64,000 nucleotides of DNA from Escherichia coli (GTDB taxonomy: Bacteria; Pseudomonadota; Gammaproteobacteria; Enterobacterales; Enterobacteriaceae), in NCBI RefSeq assembly GCF_003018255.1, contig NZ_CP027440.1. One strand, written 5' to 3'. The position numbers and the translations under genes were made by a program. The notes below the pieces were generated by a model. It was not told the DNA's origin. It saw only the letters and a program-made list of their open reading frames with translations, and made no database searches. Shown here piece by piece: positions 39,677 to 53,970 of the stretch (positions are counted from its first letter, which is position 1; every line of letters begins with the position of its first letter).

Positions 39677-42600
39677 GTGAAAGATTTATTAAAGTTTCTG
39701 AAAGCGCAGACTAAAACCGAAGAGTTTGATGCGATCAAAATTGCTCTGGCTTCGCCAGACATGATCCGTTCATGGTCTTTCGGTGAAGTTAAAAAGCCGG
39801 AAACCATCAACTACCGTACGTTCAAACCAGAACGTGACGGCCTTTTCTGCGCCCGTATCTTTGGGCCGGTAAAAGATTACGAGTGCCTGTGCGGTAAGTA
39901 CAAGCGCCTGAAACACCGTGGTGTCATCTGTGAGAAGTGCGGCGTTGAAGTGACCCAGACTAAAGTACGCCGTGAGCGTATGGGCCACATCGAACTGGCT
40001 TCCCCGACTGCGCACATCTGGTTCCTGAAATCGCTGCCGTCCCGTATCGGCCTGCTGCTCGATATGCCGCTGCGCGATATCGAACGCGTACTGTACTTCG
40101 AATCCTATGTGGTTATTGAAGGCGGTATGACCAACCTGGAACGCCAGCAGATCCTGACTGAAGAGCAGTATCTGGACGCGCTGGAAGAGTTCGGTGACGA
40201 ATTCGACGCGAAAATGGGTGCGGAAGCAATCCAGGCCCTGCTGAAGAGCATGGATCTGGAGCAAGAGTGCGAACAGCTGCGTGAAGAGCTGAACGAAACC
40301 AACTCCGAAACCAAGCGTAAAAAGCTGACCAAGCGTATCAAACTGCTGGAAGCGTTCGTTCAGTCTGGTAACAAACCAGAGTGGATGATCCTGACCGTTC
40401 TGCCGGTACTGCCGCCAGATCTGCGTCCGCTGGTTCCGCTGGATGGTGGTCGTTTCGCGACTTCTGACCTGAACGATCTGTATCGTCGCGTCATTAACCG
40501 TAACAACCGTCTGAAACGTCTGCTGGATCTGGCTGCGCCGGACATCATCGTACGTAACGAAAAACGTATGCTGCAGGAAGCGGTAGACGCCCTGCTGGAT
40601 AACGGTCGTCGCGGTCGTGCGATCACCGGTTCTAACAAGCGTCCTCTGAAATCTTTGGCCGACATGATCAAAGGTAAACAGGGTCGTTTCCGTCAGAACC
40701 TGCTCGGTAAGCGTGTTGACTACTCCGGTCGTTCTGTAATCACCGTAGGTCCATACCTGCGTCTGCATCAGTGCGGTCTGCCGAAGAAAATGGCGCTGGA
40801 GCTGTTCAAACCGTTCATCTACGGCAAGCTGGAACTGCGTGGTCTTGCTACCACCATTAAAGCTGCGAAGAAAATGGTTGAGCGCGAAGAAGCTGTCGTT
40901 TGGGATATCCTGGACGAAGTTATCCGCGAACACCCGGTACTGCTGAACCGTGCACCGACTCTGCACCGTCTGGGTATCCAGGCATTTGAACCGGTACTGA
41001 TCGAAGGTAAAGCTATCCAGCTGCACCCGCTGGTTTGTGCGGCATATAACGCCGACTTCGATGGTGACCAGATGGCAGTTCACGTACCGCTGACGCTGGA
41101 AGCCCAGCTGGAAGCGCGTGCGCTGATGATGTCTACCAACAACATCCTGTCCCCGGCGAACGGCGAACCAATCATCGTTCCGTCTCAGGACGTTGTACTG
41201 GGTCTGTACTACATGACCCGTGACTGTGTTAACGCCAAAGGCGAAGGCATGGTGCTGACTGGCCCGAAAGAAGCAGAACGTCTGTATCGCTCTGGTCTGG
41301 CCTCTCTGCATGCGCGCGTTAAAGTGCGTATCACCGAGTATGAAAAAGATGCTAACGGTGAATTAGTAGCGAAAACCAGCCTGAAAGACACGACTGTTGG
41401 CCGTGCCATTCTGTGGATGATTGTACCGAAAGGTCTGCCTTACTCCATCGTCAACCAGGCGCTGGGTAAAAAAGCAATCTCCAAAATGCTGAACACCTGC
41501 TACCGCATTCTCGGTCTGAAACCGACCGTTATTTTTGCGGACCAGATCATGTACACCGGCTTTGCATATGCAGCGCGTTCTGGTGCATCTGTTGGTATCG
41601 ATGACATGGTCATCCCGGAGAAGAAACACGAAATCATCTCCGAGGCAGAAGCAGAAGTTGCTGAAATTCAGGAGCAGTTCCAGTCTGGTCTGGTAACTGC
41701 GGGCGAACGCTACAACAAAGTTATCGATATCTGGGCTGCGGCGAACGATCGTGTATCCAAAGCGATGATGGATAACCTGCAAACTGAAACCGTTATTAAC
41801 CGTGACGGTCAGGAAGAGAAGCAGGTTTCCTTCAACAGCATCTACATGATGGCCGACTCCGGTGCGCGTGGTTCTGCGGCACAGATTCGTCAGCTTGCTG
41901 GTATGCGTGGTCTGATGGCGAAGCCGGATGGCTCCATCATCGAAACGCCAATCACCGCGAACTTCCGTGAAGGTCTGAACGTACTCCAGTACTTCATCTC
42001 CACCCACGGTGCTCGTAAAGGTCTGGCGGATACCGCACTGAAAACGGCGAACTCCGGTTACCTGACTCGTCGTCTGGTTGACGTGGCGCAGGACCTGGTG
42101 GTTACCGAAGACGATTGTGGTACTCATGAAGGTATCATGATGACTCCGGTTATCGAAGGTGGTGACGTTAAAGAGCCGCTGCGCGATCGCGTACTGGGTC
42201 GTGTAACTGCTGAAGACGTTCTGAAGCCGGGTACTGCTGATATCCTCGTTCCGCGCAACACGCTGCTGCACGAACAGTGGTGTGACCTGCTGGAAGAGAA
42301 CTCTGTCGACGCGGTTAAAGTACGTTCTGTTGTATCTTGTGACACCGACTTTGGTGTATGTGCGCACTGCTACGGTCGTGACCTGGCGCGTGGCCACATC
42401 ATCAACAAAGGTGAAGCAATCGGTGTTATCGCGGCACAGTCCATCGGTGAACCGGGTACACAGCTGACCATGCGTACGTTCCACATCGGTGGTGCGGCAT
42501 CTCGTGCGGCTGCTGAATCCAGCATCCAGGTGAAAAACAAAGGTAGCATCAAGCTCAGCAACGTGAAGTCGGTTGTGAACTCCAGCGGTAAACTGGTTAT

Positions 42601-43900
42601 CACTTCCCGTAACACCGAACTGAAACTGATCGACGAATTCGGTCGTACCAAAGAAAGCTACAAAGTACCTTACGGTGCGGTACTGGCAAAAGGCGATGGC
42701 GAACAGGTTGCTGGCGGCGAAACCGTTGCAAACTGGGACCCGCACACCATGCCGGTTATCACCGAAGTAAGCGGTTTTGTACGCTTTACTGACATGATCG
42801 ACGGTCAGACCATTACGCGTCAGACCGACGAATTGACCGGTCTGTCTTCGCTGGTGGTTCTGGATTCCGCAGAACGTACCGCAGGTGGTAAAGATCTGCG
42901 TCCGGCACTGAAAATCGTTGATGCTCAGGGTAACGATGTACTGATCCCGGGTACCGATATGCCTGCGCAGTACTTCCTGCCGGGTAAAGCGATTGTTCAG
43001 CTGGAAGATGGCGTACAGATCAGCTCTGGTGACACCCTGGCGCGTATTCCGCAGGAATCTGGCGGTACCAAGGACATCACCGGTGGTCTGCCGCGCGTTG
43101 CGGATCTGTTCGAAGCACGTCGTCCGAAAGAGCCGGCAATCCTGGCTGAAATCAGCGGTATCGTTTCCTTCGGTAAAGAAACCAAAGGTAAACGTCGTCT
43201 GGTTATCACTCCGGTAGACGGTAGCGATCCGTACGAAGAGATGATTCCAAAATGGCGTCAGCTCAATGTGTTCGAAGGTGAACGTGTAGAACGTGGTGAC
43301 GTAATTTCCGATGGTCCGGAAGCGCCGCACGACATTCTGCGTCTGCGTGGTGTTCATGCTGTTACTCGTTACATCGTTAACGAAGTACAAGACGTATACC
43401 GTCTGCAGGGCGTTAAGATTAACGATAAACACATCGAAGTTATCGTTCGTCAGATGCTGCGTAAAGCTACCATCGTTAACGCGGGCAGCTCCGACTTCCT
43501 GGAAGGTGAACAGGTTGAATACTCTCGCGTCAAGATCGCAAACCGCGAACTGGAAGCGAACGGCAAAGTGGGTGCAACTTACTCCCGCGATCTGCTGGGT
43601 ATCACCAAAGCGTCTCTGGCAACCGAGTCCTTCATCTCCGCGGCATCGTTCCAGGAGACCACTCGCGTGCTGACCGAAGCAGCCGTTGCGGGCAAACGCG
43701 ACGAACTGCGCGGCCTGAAAGAGAACGTTATCGTGGGTCGTCTGATCCCGGCAGGTACCGGTTACGCGTACCACCAGGATCGTATGCGTCGCCGTGCTGC
43801 GGGTGAAGCTCCGGCTGCACCGCAGGTGACTGCAGAAGACGCATCTGCCAGCCTGGCAGAACTGCTGAACGCAGGTCTGGGCGGTTCTGATAACGAGTAA
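39677..43900 (+). CDS. rpoC: DNA-directed RNA polymerase beta' subunit (1407 aa), GTG start
   Basis: GTG at 39677 followed by [51 protein letters not shown]; NADFDGD active-site motif; ends ...GLGGSDNE. Confidence 0.98.
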
Positions 43901-43922
43901 TCGTTAATCCGCAAATAACGTA

Positions 43923-43947
43923 AAAACTCGCTTCGGCGGGTTTTTTT
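43923..43947 (+). terminator. rpoC rho-independent terminator
   Basis: AAAAACTCGCTTCGGCGGGTTTTTTT: GC stem with a TTCG tetraloop and a 7-T run, 22 nt after the rpoC stop. Confidence 0.85.
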
Positions 43948-44139
43948 ATGGGTGTTATTCAGAGGGCAATTCTTCACGGAATTTTTAAGAAAGGCAGGGC
44001 GAAACGAGGAAGAAGCTTTTCGCCCTGGACAACATTCCTGCTGACGGGACTACCATAAAAAAACACAACGCTTTCAACAACCTTGCGTTTTTCATCTTCC
44101 GTAGCGGCTCGGAATAAATTTACGTTGTTACATTCTGTC

Positions 44140-45273
44140 TCATGGCCTTTGCGAGGCGCGTCCCAGATAGCTGTCCCAGTCTTTCCATACCGGCTGCAAA
44201 CCCTGAGCAGTTAACGCGGCAGCAACCGCTTCCGGTCTGCGATCGTCGTGCGGTGAGAACTGTTCCAGCTCGGGGTGATTGTCGGCATAGCCACCTGGCT
44301 GCGTTTTCGAAAAAGCGCTGACGTTATTAATTGCCAGCGGAATAACGCGATCGCGAAACCACGGTGATTCCCGCGTGGAGAGTGACAGTTCAATCTCCGG
44401 TGCAAGCAGCCGGAAGGCGCAGATGGTTTGCACTAACTGGCGTTCATCCATAATCGACGCAGGCTCAATGCCGCCAGTACATGGACGCAGGCGTGGGAAG
44501 GAGATAGAGTAGCGGCTTTGCCAGTAATGCTGTTGCAGCCATAGCAAATGTTCTGCAACCATATAGCAGTCAACGCGCCAGCTGTCGGAAAGGCCAATTA
44601 GCGCGCCGAGGCCTATCTTATCAATCCCCGCACGGCCCAGCCGATCCGGCGTTTCCAGCCGCCAGAAGAAGTCCTGTTTTTTACCTTTCAGATGATGGCG
44701 GGCATAAGTCGCCTCGTGATATGTCTCCTGATAAACCATCACGCCATCCAGACCTAGTTGCTTTAACTCGGCGTATTCCGTCTCCGCCAGCGGTTGCACT
44801 TCCATCTGTAGTGAAGAGAACTGTTCACGCAGGGCAGGGAGATGACGACGAAAGTAATCCATCCCCACTTTCACCTGATGTTCACCAGTGACTAATAGCA
44901 GATGTTCAAAGCCCATCTCCCGTATAGCGGCGCTTTCCCTGGCAATATCCGCTTCATCCAGCGTTTTGCGCTTGATGCGATTGCTCATGGAAAATCCGCA
45001 GTACGTGCAGTCGTTAGCGCAAAGATTGGAAAGATAAAGCGGGACGTAGAAGCTGACGACGTTGCCAAATCGCTGACGGGTCAGACGCTGCGCCCGTTGG
45101 GCCAGTGGTTCCAGATAGCCACTGGCGGCTGGCGATAACAGCGCCATCATATCGTCGCGGGTGAGTTGCGAGGCATTTAGCGCCCGCTCTACGTCAGCAG
45201 CCGTTTTGCTGTTGATACGCAGGCGGATGTCGTCCCAGTCCAGTTGTCGCCAGCGATCGCTGAAGGTTTTCAT
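44140..45273 (-). CDS. thiH: 2-iminoacetate synthase ThiH (radical SAM, 377 aa)
   Basis: [41 protein letters not shown] start; CxxxCxxC radical-SAM motif ([10 protein letters not shown]). Confidence 0.95.
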   Translation of the reverse strand: MKTFSDRWRQLDWDDIRLRINSKTAADVERALNASQLTRDDMMALLSPAASGYLEPLAQRAQRLTRQRFGNVVSFYVPLYLSNLCANDCTYCGFSMSNRIKRKTLDEADIARESAAIREMGFEHLLLVTGEHQVKVGMDYFRRHLPALREQFSSLQMEVQPLAETEYAELKQLGLDGVMVYQETYHEATYARHHLKGKKQDFFWRLETPDRLGRAGIDKIGLGALIGLSDSWRVDCYMVAEHLLWLQQHYWQSRYSISFPRLRPCTGGIEPASIMDERQLVQTICAFRLLAPEIELSLSTRESPWFRDRVIPLAINNVSAFSKTQPGGYADNHPELEQFSPHDDRRPEAVAAALTAQGLQPVWKDWDSYLGRASQRP

Positions 45274-46040
45274 GCTGATGCCTCCAGAAATCCGGTCAGC
45301 GGGCTGGTGGCATGAGCAAAATGACTGCGGCTGCCCGGTCCGGACTGACGTGCCAGCAGGCCTGCTTCTACTGCCAGACGAAATGCCTTCGCCATGTTGA
45401 CGGGATCGTCCGCGACGGCAATCGCCGTATTCACTAACACCGCGTCGGCCCCCATTTCCAGCGCCTGCGCGGCATGGCTGGGAACGCCGATGCCAGCATC
45501 GACAACCACCGGAACCGTGGCTTGCTGGGTAATAATCTCCAGCATGGCACGGGTTTCCAGTCCCTGATTCGAGCCAATCGGCGCGCCGAGCGGCATCACC
45601 GCTGCACAGCCGACTTCTTCCAGACGTTTACACAATACCGGATCGGCCCCGCAGTAAGGCAGCACGACAAATCCCTGTTGTACCAGCGTTTCGGCGGCTT
45701 TCAGGGTTTCGATGGGATCGGGCAACAGCCAGCGGGCGTCAGGGTGAATCTCTAATTTTAACCAGTTTGTGCCTAACGCTTCACGAGCCAGATGGGCGGC
45801 GAAAATGGCTTCTTCCGCTGTTTTCGCCCCGGATGTATTTGGCAGCAGGGTCACACCCGCCGCGATAAGCGGTTCGAGGATAGCGTCGTTGTGCTGGCGC
45901 AAGTTGACGCGTTTCATCGCCAGTGTCACCAGTTGGCTGCCGCAAGCGCGGATCGCCTCCATCATCAGTTGTGAAGAGGCGAATTTCCCTGTGCCGGTAA
46001 ACAGATGTGAATCAAACGTTTTGTCCGCAATACGTAACAT
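45270..46040 (-). CDS. thiG: Thiazole synthase ThiG (256 aa)
   Basis: ORF 45270..46298; the internal start giving [32 protein letters not shown] matches ThiG; stop overlaps thiH start. Confidence 0.93.
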   Translation of the reverse strand: MLRIADKTFDSHLFTGTGKFASSQLMMEAIRACGSQLVTLAMKRVNLRQHNDAILEPLIAAGVTLLPNTSGAKTAEEAIFAAHLAREALGTNWLKLEIHPDARWLLPDPIETLKAAETLVQQGFVVLPYCGADPVLCKRLEEVGCAAVMPLGAPIGSNQGLETRAMLEIITQQATVPVVVDAGIGVPSHAAQALEMGADAVLVNTAIAVADDPVNMAKAFRLAVEAGLLARQSGPGSRSHFAHATSPLTGFLEASA

Positions 46041-46041
46041 C

Positions 46042-46242
46042 TCAACCCCCTGCAATAACCTGAAAAAGCAGGATCTGGTCGCCATCCTGCACGATATGTT
46101 GCGCCCACTGCTCACGCGGGACGATTTGCTGATTAATCGCCAGAGCCGCGCCCGATTGTCGTTGGTCGAGTTGCTCCAGTAGTTCGTGAACCGTTTGCCC
46201 GGCGGCGCACTGCATCGGTTGATCGTTAAACAGGATCTGCAT
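46042..46242 (-). CDS. thiS: Sulfur carrier protein ThiS (66 aa)
   Basis: [66 protein letters not shown] with C-terminal GG. Confidence 0.92.
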   Translation of the reverse strand: MQILFNDQPMQCAAGQTVHELLEQLDQRQSGAALAINQQIVPREQWAQHIVQDGDQILLFQVIAGG

Positions 46243-46981
46243 TGCTTCCTCCGCATACCGGGCAACCACTGGCGCGGCGCAACGCCAGGTTGCGCCACTG
46301 GCTCGATTTACCGTCGAACAGTCGGAGTTCTCCCGCAGGCGTCTCTATACCGCTTAATAACTTAATGGCTTCCAGTGCCTGTAAAGTGCCCATAACCCCG
46401 ACCACCGGGCCAACCACGCCCGCCGTGCGGCAGTTGCGTTCAGGCTCCTGGTTATCTGGCCACAGGCAGCGGTAACACCCCTGCTCCCAGGGCGGCGTCA
46501 GTACCATCAACTGACCGCCAAATCCGACCGCGCTGGCGGTGATAAGCGGCGTGTTGAGTGCCACGCAGGCGGCATTAATCTCCTGACGAGTCGCCATATT
46601 GTCGGTACAGTCGAGCACCACATCGGCCCGTGCTACCGCATCTTTTAACGCCTCACCCGTTAACCGTTGTTGTAATGCTGTCAGTTGAATATCGGGATTC
46701 AACTGTGTCAGTCGCTGATGGCTGACCTGCGATTTCGGGCGATCGATATCTTCAGTGGTAAAGAGGATTTGTCGTTGCAGATTGCTTAAATGCACATCGT
46801 CGTCATCTGCCAGTACCAGCGTCCCGACGCCAGCGCCCGCCAGGTATAGCGCAGCAGGTGTACCCAGCCCGCCAAGACCGATAATCAGCACCTGGCTGTC
46901 GAGCAGTTTTTGCTGCCCGTCAAGAGCGATATCGTCGAGCAGGATTTGGCGGCTATAACGCATAAAGTCACGGTCATTCAT
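46226..46981 (-). CDS. thiF: ThiS adenylyltransferase ThiF (251 aa)
   Basis: [53 protein letters not shown] (E1-like nucleotide-binding fold); 3' end overlaps thiS start. Confidence 0.93.
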   Translation of the reverse strand: MNDRDFMRYSRQILLDDIALDGQQKLLDSQVLIIGLGGLGTPAALYLAGAGVGTLVLADDDDVHLSNLQRQILFTTEDIDRPKSQVSHQRLTQLNPDIQLTALQQRLTGEALKDAVARADVVLDCTDNMATRQEINAACVALNTPLITASAVGFGGQLMVLTPPWEQGCYRCLWPDNQEPERNCRTAGVVGPVVGVMGTLQALEAIKLLSGIETPAGELRLFDGKSSQWRNLALRRASGCPVCGGSNADPV

Positions 46982-47608
46982 CGCCAACTCCTGCAATTTC
47001 CAGCAACTGTGCCGTTGCCAAACGCCAGTCTGCGGCTTGAGTAATGGCGCTTACGACGGCGATGCTGCCGACACCCGTTGCTATCACCGCAGGCGCGCGC
47101 GCCAGACTGATACCGCCAATCGCCACGGTGGGATAATCCGCCAGGCGCTCAACATGCCGTGCCAGCTGTTCCAGCCCCTGCGGTGCAGAAGGCATCTGTT
47201 TGGTTTGCGTCGGGAACACATGTCCCAGCGCGATATAAGAGGGGCGTGCTGCCAGCGCGACGTCGATCTCCATATCGTCATGGGTCGAAACGCCCAGTCG
47301 CAGACCTGCCGCGCGGATGGCGCTGAGATCGGTGGCTTGCAAATCTTCCTGCCCCAGATGGACGCCATATGCCTGATGCTTGATCGCCAGCCGCCAGTAA
47401 TCGTTGATAAACAATCGCGCGTTATAGCGGCGGCCCAGCGCAATTGCCGCCACGACATCGGCTTCCACCTCTTCATCGCGTCGATCTTTGATGCGTAGCT
47501 GGAGAGTACGTACGCCTGCATCCAACAGACGTTCGATCCACTGTACGCTGTCCACCACCGGGTACAGTCCTAAACGAAAGGGTACAGGAGGAAAATCTGG
47601 CTGATACA

Positions 47609-47609
<1 letters not shown>
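46974..47609 (-). CDS. thiE: Thiamine-phosphate synthase ThiE (211 aa)
   Basis: [42 protein letters not shown]; overlaps thiF start and thiC stop. Confidence 0.93.
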
Positions 47610-49507
<1,898 letters not shown>

Positions 49508-49519
49508 TCATTCCAAAAA

Positions 49520-49700
49520 GTTAAGGACGTGGCTTGTCAGACGACGGATGAAGCAAGAGACGATCGCCGCAAAGGCGATGCGATAGCAGATTAACTCTTG
49601 TTCCCTTCGCAGGTATTAGCCTGATCAGGTTCCGCGGATCCCGAATAAACGGTCTCAGCCAGTTAAGGCACTCCGACAAGAAATTAGCCCCACAAACGGG
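49520..49700 (-). promoter_or_regulatory. thiC leader with TPP riboswitch (thi-box)
   Basis: Reverse strand of about 49640-49680 contains GGCTGAGACCGTTTATTCGGGATCCGCGGAACCTGATCAGGCTAATACCTGCGAAGGGAAC, i.e. the CUGAGA thi-box core, directly upstream of thiC. Confidence 0.8.
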
Positions 49701-49736
49701 GCGTTGAATGTAAATTACGCGTTAACAGCGCAGAAC

Positions 49737-50213
49737 TCAAGCAGGATGTTTGACGCGGGCGGCGTCAAGTACCAGCAGAATCAACTTATCTTCCAGCACA
49801 AAGCGTGCTTCCAGCGCCTCGCCGATGTCAGATAAAACCTGTTGAAACTCAAGGTAATTATCATGATCGATGGCGGTTTCCAGGCTGGAATCGTAGTAAT
49901 CCATAATCTGTTGGGTATTGGCTTCGAGTTGCGGCCAAATCTTCGCGGCGCGCGCGAGTTGCCCGTTGCCTTCCAGCTTATGAAGAATGCGCTCATAAAT
50001 ACTGAAATGTCCGGCAGACAAGTAATCGACCAGGCTCTGACAAAAATCATCAAGGGCTTTTTCGTTTAGCCTCATGTACGATTCTTTGCCAGGCTTAATG
50101 CCAACCAGATTGTAGTAAGCCACGAGCAGATGCTTACGTACATGTAGCCAGCGATCAACCAGTTTGTTACTTCCTCTGACGCGTTCCGTCAGGTTATCGA
50201 GCTGGTTAAGCAT
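49737..50213 (-). CDS. rsd: Regulator of sigma D, Rsd (158 aa)
   Basis: MLNQLDNLTERVRGSNKLVDRWLHVRKHLLVAYYNLVGIKPGKESYMRLNEKALDDFCQSLVDYLSAGHF. Confidence 0.95.
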   Translation of the reverse strand: MLNQLDNLTERVRGSNKLVDRWLHVRKHLLVAYYNLVGIKPGKESYMRLNEKALDDFCQSLVDYLSAGHFSIYERILHKLEGNGQLARAAKIWPQLEANTQQIMDYYDSSLETAIDHDNYLEFQQVLSDIGEALEARFVLEDKLILLVLDAARVKHPA

Positions 50214-50307
50214 GATTGACTCCGCAAGTTTGTATTCAAAAACTGCTCAGTGAGAAATGTAAAAACCATGTTAAACATGCCAGTGATGCAAAGGTAGTGC
50301 AAGAGCT

Positions 50308-51081
50308 ATGGATCGTATAATTGAAAAATTAGATCACGGCTGGTGGGTCGTCAGCCATGAACAAAAATTATGGTTGCCGAAGGGAGAATTGCCATATGGC
50401 GAAGCGGCAAATTTCGATCTTGTGGGTCAGCGCGCACTACAAATCGGCGAATGGCAAGGGGAACCTGTTTGGTTAGTACAACAGCAGCGGCGTCACGATA
50501 TGGGGTCGGTACGTCAGGTCATTGATCTCGATGTAGGGCTGTTTCAACTGGCCGGACGTGGCGTGCAACTGGCGGAGTTTTACCGATCGCATAAATACTG
50601 TGGTTACTGCGGGCATGAAATGTATCCAAGCAAAACCGAATGGGCGATGCTGTGCAGCCATTGCCGTGAGCGTTACTACCCGCAAATCGCCCCCTGCATT
50701 ATTGTTGCCATCCGTCGCGATGATTCGATCCTCCTCGCCCAGCATACCCGCCATCGTAACGGTGTCCATACAGTACTTGCCGGATTCGTCGAAGTGGGTG
50801 AACCCCTCGAGCAGGCAGTCGCGCGGGAAGTGATGGAAGAGAGCGGAATTAAAGTTAAAAACTTGCGTTACGTGACCTCCCAACCGTGGCCGTTTCCTCA
50901 GTCGTTAATGACCGCGTTTATGGCGGAATATGACAGCGGCGACATCGTTATCGACCCGAAAGAATTGCTCGAGGCGAACTGGTATCGCTATGACGATTTG
51001 CCGTTACTCCCGCCGCCCGGCACCGTAGCGCGCCGTCTGATAGAAGATACGGTGGCGATGTGTCGGGCAGAGTATGAGTGA
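50308..51081 (+). CDS. nudC: NADH pyrophosphatase NudC (Nudix, 257 aa)
   Basis: [44 protein letters not shown]; zinc-ribbon CGYCGH...CSHC; Nudix box [22 protein letters not shown]. Confidence 0.95.
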   Translation: MDRIIEKLDHGWWVVSHEQKLWLPKGELPYGEAANFDLVGQRALQIGEWQGEPVWLVQQQRRHDMGSVRQVIDLDVGLFQLAGRGVQLAEFYRSHKYCGYCGHEMYPSKTEWAMLCSHCRERYYPQIAPCIIVAIRRDDSILLAQHTRHRNGVHTVLAGFVEVGEPLEQAVAREVMEESGIKVKNLRYVTSQPWPFPQSLMTAFMAEYDSGDIVIDPKELLEANWYRYDDLPLLPPPGTVARRLIEDTVAMCRAEYE

Positions 51082-51120
51082 TGATACACTGACCGCCTGA
51101 CGCACTAAGGAACAGCCAAA

Positions 51121-52185
51121 ATGACCGAACTTAAAAACGATCGTTATCTGCGGGCGCTGCTGCGCCAGCCCGTTGATGTCACTCCAGTATGGATGATGCG
51201 CCAGGCGGGTCGCTATCTACCGGAATATAAAGCCACGCGCGCCCAGGCGGGCGATTTTATGTCGCTGTGCAAAAATGCCGAGCTGGCGTGCGAAGTGACT
51301 TTGCAACCGCTGCGTCGCTATCCGCTGGATGCGGCGATCCTCTTTTCCGATATCCTCACCGTGCCAGACGCGATGGGTTTAGGGCTCTATTTTGAAGCCG
51401 GAGAAGGTCCGCGTTTTACCTCACCAGTCACCTGCAAGGCCGACGTCGATAAACTGCCAATTCCGGACCCGGAAGATGAGCTGGGTTACGTGATGAACGC
51501 GGTGCGTACCATTCGTCGCGAACTGAAAGGCGAAGTGCCGCTGATTGGTTTTTCCGGCAGCCCGTGGACGCTGGCGACCTATATGGTGGAAGGCGGCAGC
51601 AGCAAAGCGTTCACCGTGATCAAAAAAATGATGTATGCCGATCCACAGGCGCTGCACGCGCTACTCGATAAACTGGCGAAAAGCGTCACTTTGTATCTGA
51701 ATGCGCAGATTAAAGCCGGTGCTCAGGCTGTGATGATTTTCGACACCTGGGGCGGCGTGCTTACCGGGCGCGATTATCAACAGTTCTCGCTCTATTACAT
51801 GCATAAAATTGTTGATGGTTTACTGCGTGAAAACGACGGTCGCCGCGTACCGGTCACGCTGTTTACCAAAGGCGGCGGACAGTGGCTGGAAGCCATGGCA
51901 GAAACCGGTTGCGATGCGCTGGGCCTCGACTGGACAACGGACATCGCCGATGCACGCCGCCGCGTGGGCAATAAAGTCGCGTTGCAGGGCAATATGGATC
52001 CGTCGATGCTGTACGCGCCGCCTGCCCGCATTGAAGAAGAAGTAGCGACTATACTTGCAGGTTTCGGTCACGGTGAAGGTCATGTCTTTAACCTTGGTCA
52101 CGGCATTCATCAGGATGTGCCGCCAGAACATGCTGGCGTGTTTGTGGAGGCAGTGCATCGCCTGTCTGCGCCTTATCATCTGTAA
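51121..52185 (+). CDS. hemE: Uroporphyrinogen decarboxylase HemE (354 aa)
   Basis: [50 protein letters not shown]. Confidence 0.96.
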   Translation: MTELKNDRYLRALLRQPVDVTPVWMMRQAGRYLPEYKATRAQAGDFMSLCKNAELACEVTLQPLRRYPLDAAILFSDILTVPDAMGLGLYFEAGEGPRFTSPVTCKADVDKLPIPDPEDELGYVMNAVRTIRRELKGEVPLIGFSGSPWTLATYMVEGGSSKAFTVIKKMMYADPQALHALLDKLAKSVTLYLNAQIKAGAQAVMIFDTWGGVLTGRDYQQFSLYYMHKIVDGLLRENDGRRVPVTLFTKGGGQWLEAMAETGCDALGLDWTTDIADARRRVGNKVALQGNMDPSMLYAPPARIEEEVATILAGFGHGEGHVFNLGHGIHQDVPPEHAGVFVEAVHRLSAPYHL

Positions 52186-52194
52186 GGAGTGGTT

Positions 52195-52866
52195 ATGGAT
52201 CTCGCGTCATTACGCGCTCAACAAATCGAACTGGCTTCTTCTGTGATCCGCGAGGATCGACTCGATAAAGATCCACCGGATCTGATCGCCGGAGCCGATG
52301 TCGGATTTGAGCAGGGCGGAGAAGTGACGCGAGCGGCGATGGTGCTGCTGAAATACCCCTCGCTTGAGCTGGTGGAGTATAAAGTGGCCCGCATCGCCAC
52401 CACCATGCCTTACATTCCTGGTTTTCTCTCCTTTCGTGAATATCCTGCGCTGCTGGCAGCGTGGGAGATGCTGTCACAAAAGCCGGATTTAGTGTTTGTC
52501 GATGGTCATGGGATCTCGCATCCTCGCCGTCTTGGCGTCGCCAGCCATTTTGGTTTGCTGGTGGATGTGCCGACCATTGGCGTAGCGAAAAAACGGCTCT
52601 GCGGTAAATTCGAACCGCTCTCCAGCGAACCGGGCGCGCTGGCCCCGCTGATGGATAAAGGCGAGCAGCTGGCCTGGGTCTGGCGCAGCAAAGCGCGCTG
52701 TAACCCATTGTTTATCGCTACCGGCCATCGGGTCAGCGTGGACAGCGCGCTGGCGTGGGTACAACGCTGCATGAAAGGCTATCGTCTGCCGGAGCCAACG
52801 CGCTGGGCGGACGCGGTGGCCTCGGAACGTCCGGCGTTCGTGCGCTATACAGCAAATCAGCCCTAA
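52195..52866 (+). CDS. nfi: Endonuclease V, Nfi (223 aa)
   Basis: ORF 52189..52866; [42 protein letters not shown]; start adjacent to the hemE stop. Confidence 0.93.
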
Positions 52867-52908
52867 TTCAGGTAAACTGCGGATAATTTCCGTATTTGAG
52901 AACTCAAC

Positions 52909-53499
52909 ATGTTACAAAACCCAATTCATCTGCGTCTGGAGCGCCTGGAAAGCTGGCAGCACGTCACTTTTATGGCCTGCTTATGCGAACGTATGTACCC
53001 CAATTACGCCGTATTCTGTCAGCAAACCGGCTTCGGCGATGGGCAGATTTACCGCCGCATTCTCGATCTCATTTGGGAAACGCTGACCGTCAAAGACGCA
53101 AAAGTAAATTTCGACAGCCAACTGGAGAAATTTGAAGAAGCGATTCCTTCAGCCGACGATTTCGATCTGTACGGCGTTTATCCGGCAATCGATGCTTGCG
53201 TGGCGTTAAGTGAACTGGTCCATTCGCGTTTAAGTGGCGAAACGCTCGAACACGCGGTGGAAGTGAGTAAGACTTCCATCACGACCGTGGCGATGCTGGA
53301 AATGACTCAGGCTGGTCGCGAAATGAGCGATGAAGAGCTCAAAGAAAACCCAGCTGTAGAGCAAGAATGGGACATTCAGTGGGAAATATTCCGACTTTTA
53401 GCTGAGTGCGAAGAACGCGATATCGAGCTGATAAAAGGCCTTAGGGCAGACCTGCGTGAGGCGGGTGAGAGCAATATTGGTATAATTTTTCAGCAATAA
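52909..53499 (+). CDS. yjaG: DUF416 family protein YjaG (196 aa)
   Basis: Full ORF MLQNPIHLRLERLESWQHVTFMACLCERMYPNYAVFCQQTGFGDGQIYRRILDLIWE; conserved position between nfi and hupA. Confidence 0.85.
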   Translation: MLQNPIHLRLERLESWQHVTFMACLCERMYPNYAVFCQQTGFGDGQIYRRILDLIWETLTVKDAKVNFDSQLEKFEEAIPSADDFDLYGVYPAIDACVALSELVHSRLSGETLEHAVEVSKTSITTVAMLEMTQAGREMSDEELKENPAVEQEWDIQWEIFRLLAECEERDIELIKGLRADLREAGESNIGIIFQQ

Positions 53500-53685
53500 G
53501 ACCAGAAAACGTGATTTAACGCCTGATTTGTCGTACCTGGAGTCTTCCCTTTCGCCCCCCGTCTGGTCTACATTTGGGGGGCGAAAAAAAGTGGCTATCG
53601 GTGCGTGTATGCAGGAGAGTGCTATTCTGGCATTTCCGTCGCACTCGATGCTTAGCAAGCGATAAACACATTGTAAGGATAACTT

Positions 53686-53958
53686 ATGAACAAGACTCAA
53701 CTGATTGATGTAATTGCAGAGAAAGCAGAACTGTCCAAAACCCAGGCTAAAGCTGCTCTGGAGTCCACTCTGGCTGCAATTACTGAGTCTCTGAAAGAAG
53801 GCGATGCTGTACAACTGGTTGGTTTCGGTACCTTCAAAGTGAACCACCGCGCTGAGCGTACTGGCCGCAACCCGCAGACCGGTAAAGAAATCAAAATTGC
53901 CGCAGCTAACGTACCGGCATTTGTTTCTGGCAAGGCACTGAAAGACGCAGTTAAGTAA
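53686..53958 (+). CDS. hupA: DNA-binding protein HU-alpha (90 aa)
   Basis: [90 protein letters not shown]. Confidence 0.98.
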
Positions 53959-53970
53959 GATTGCGTGGCA

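Noticed and set aside
53540-53600. G/C-rich hairpin TTTCGCCCCCCGTCTGGTCTACATTTGGGGGGCGAAAAAAA between yjaG and hupA, considered as a possible small RNA or terminator
   Set aside because: On the plus strand the stem is followed by an A-run rather than a U-run, so it is not a canonical terminator for yjaG; too little evidence to call an RNA gene. Possibly a structured element of the hupA promoter region.
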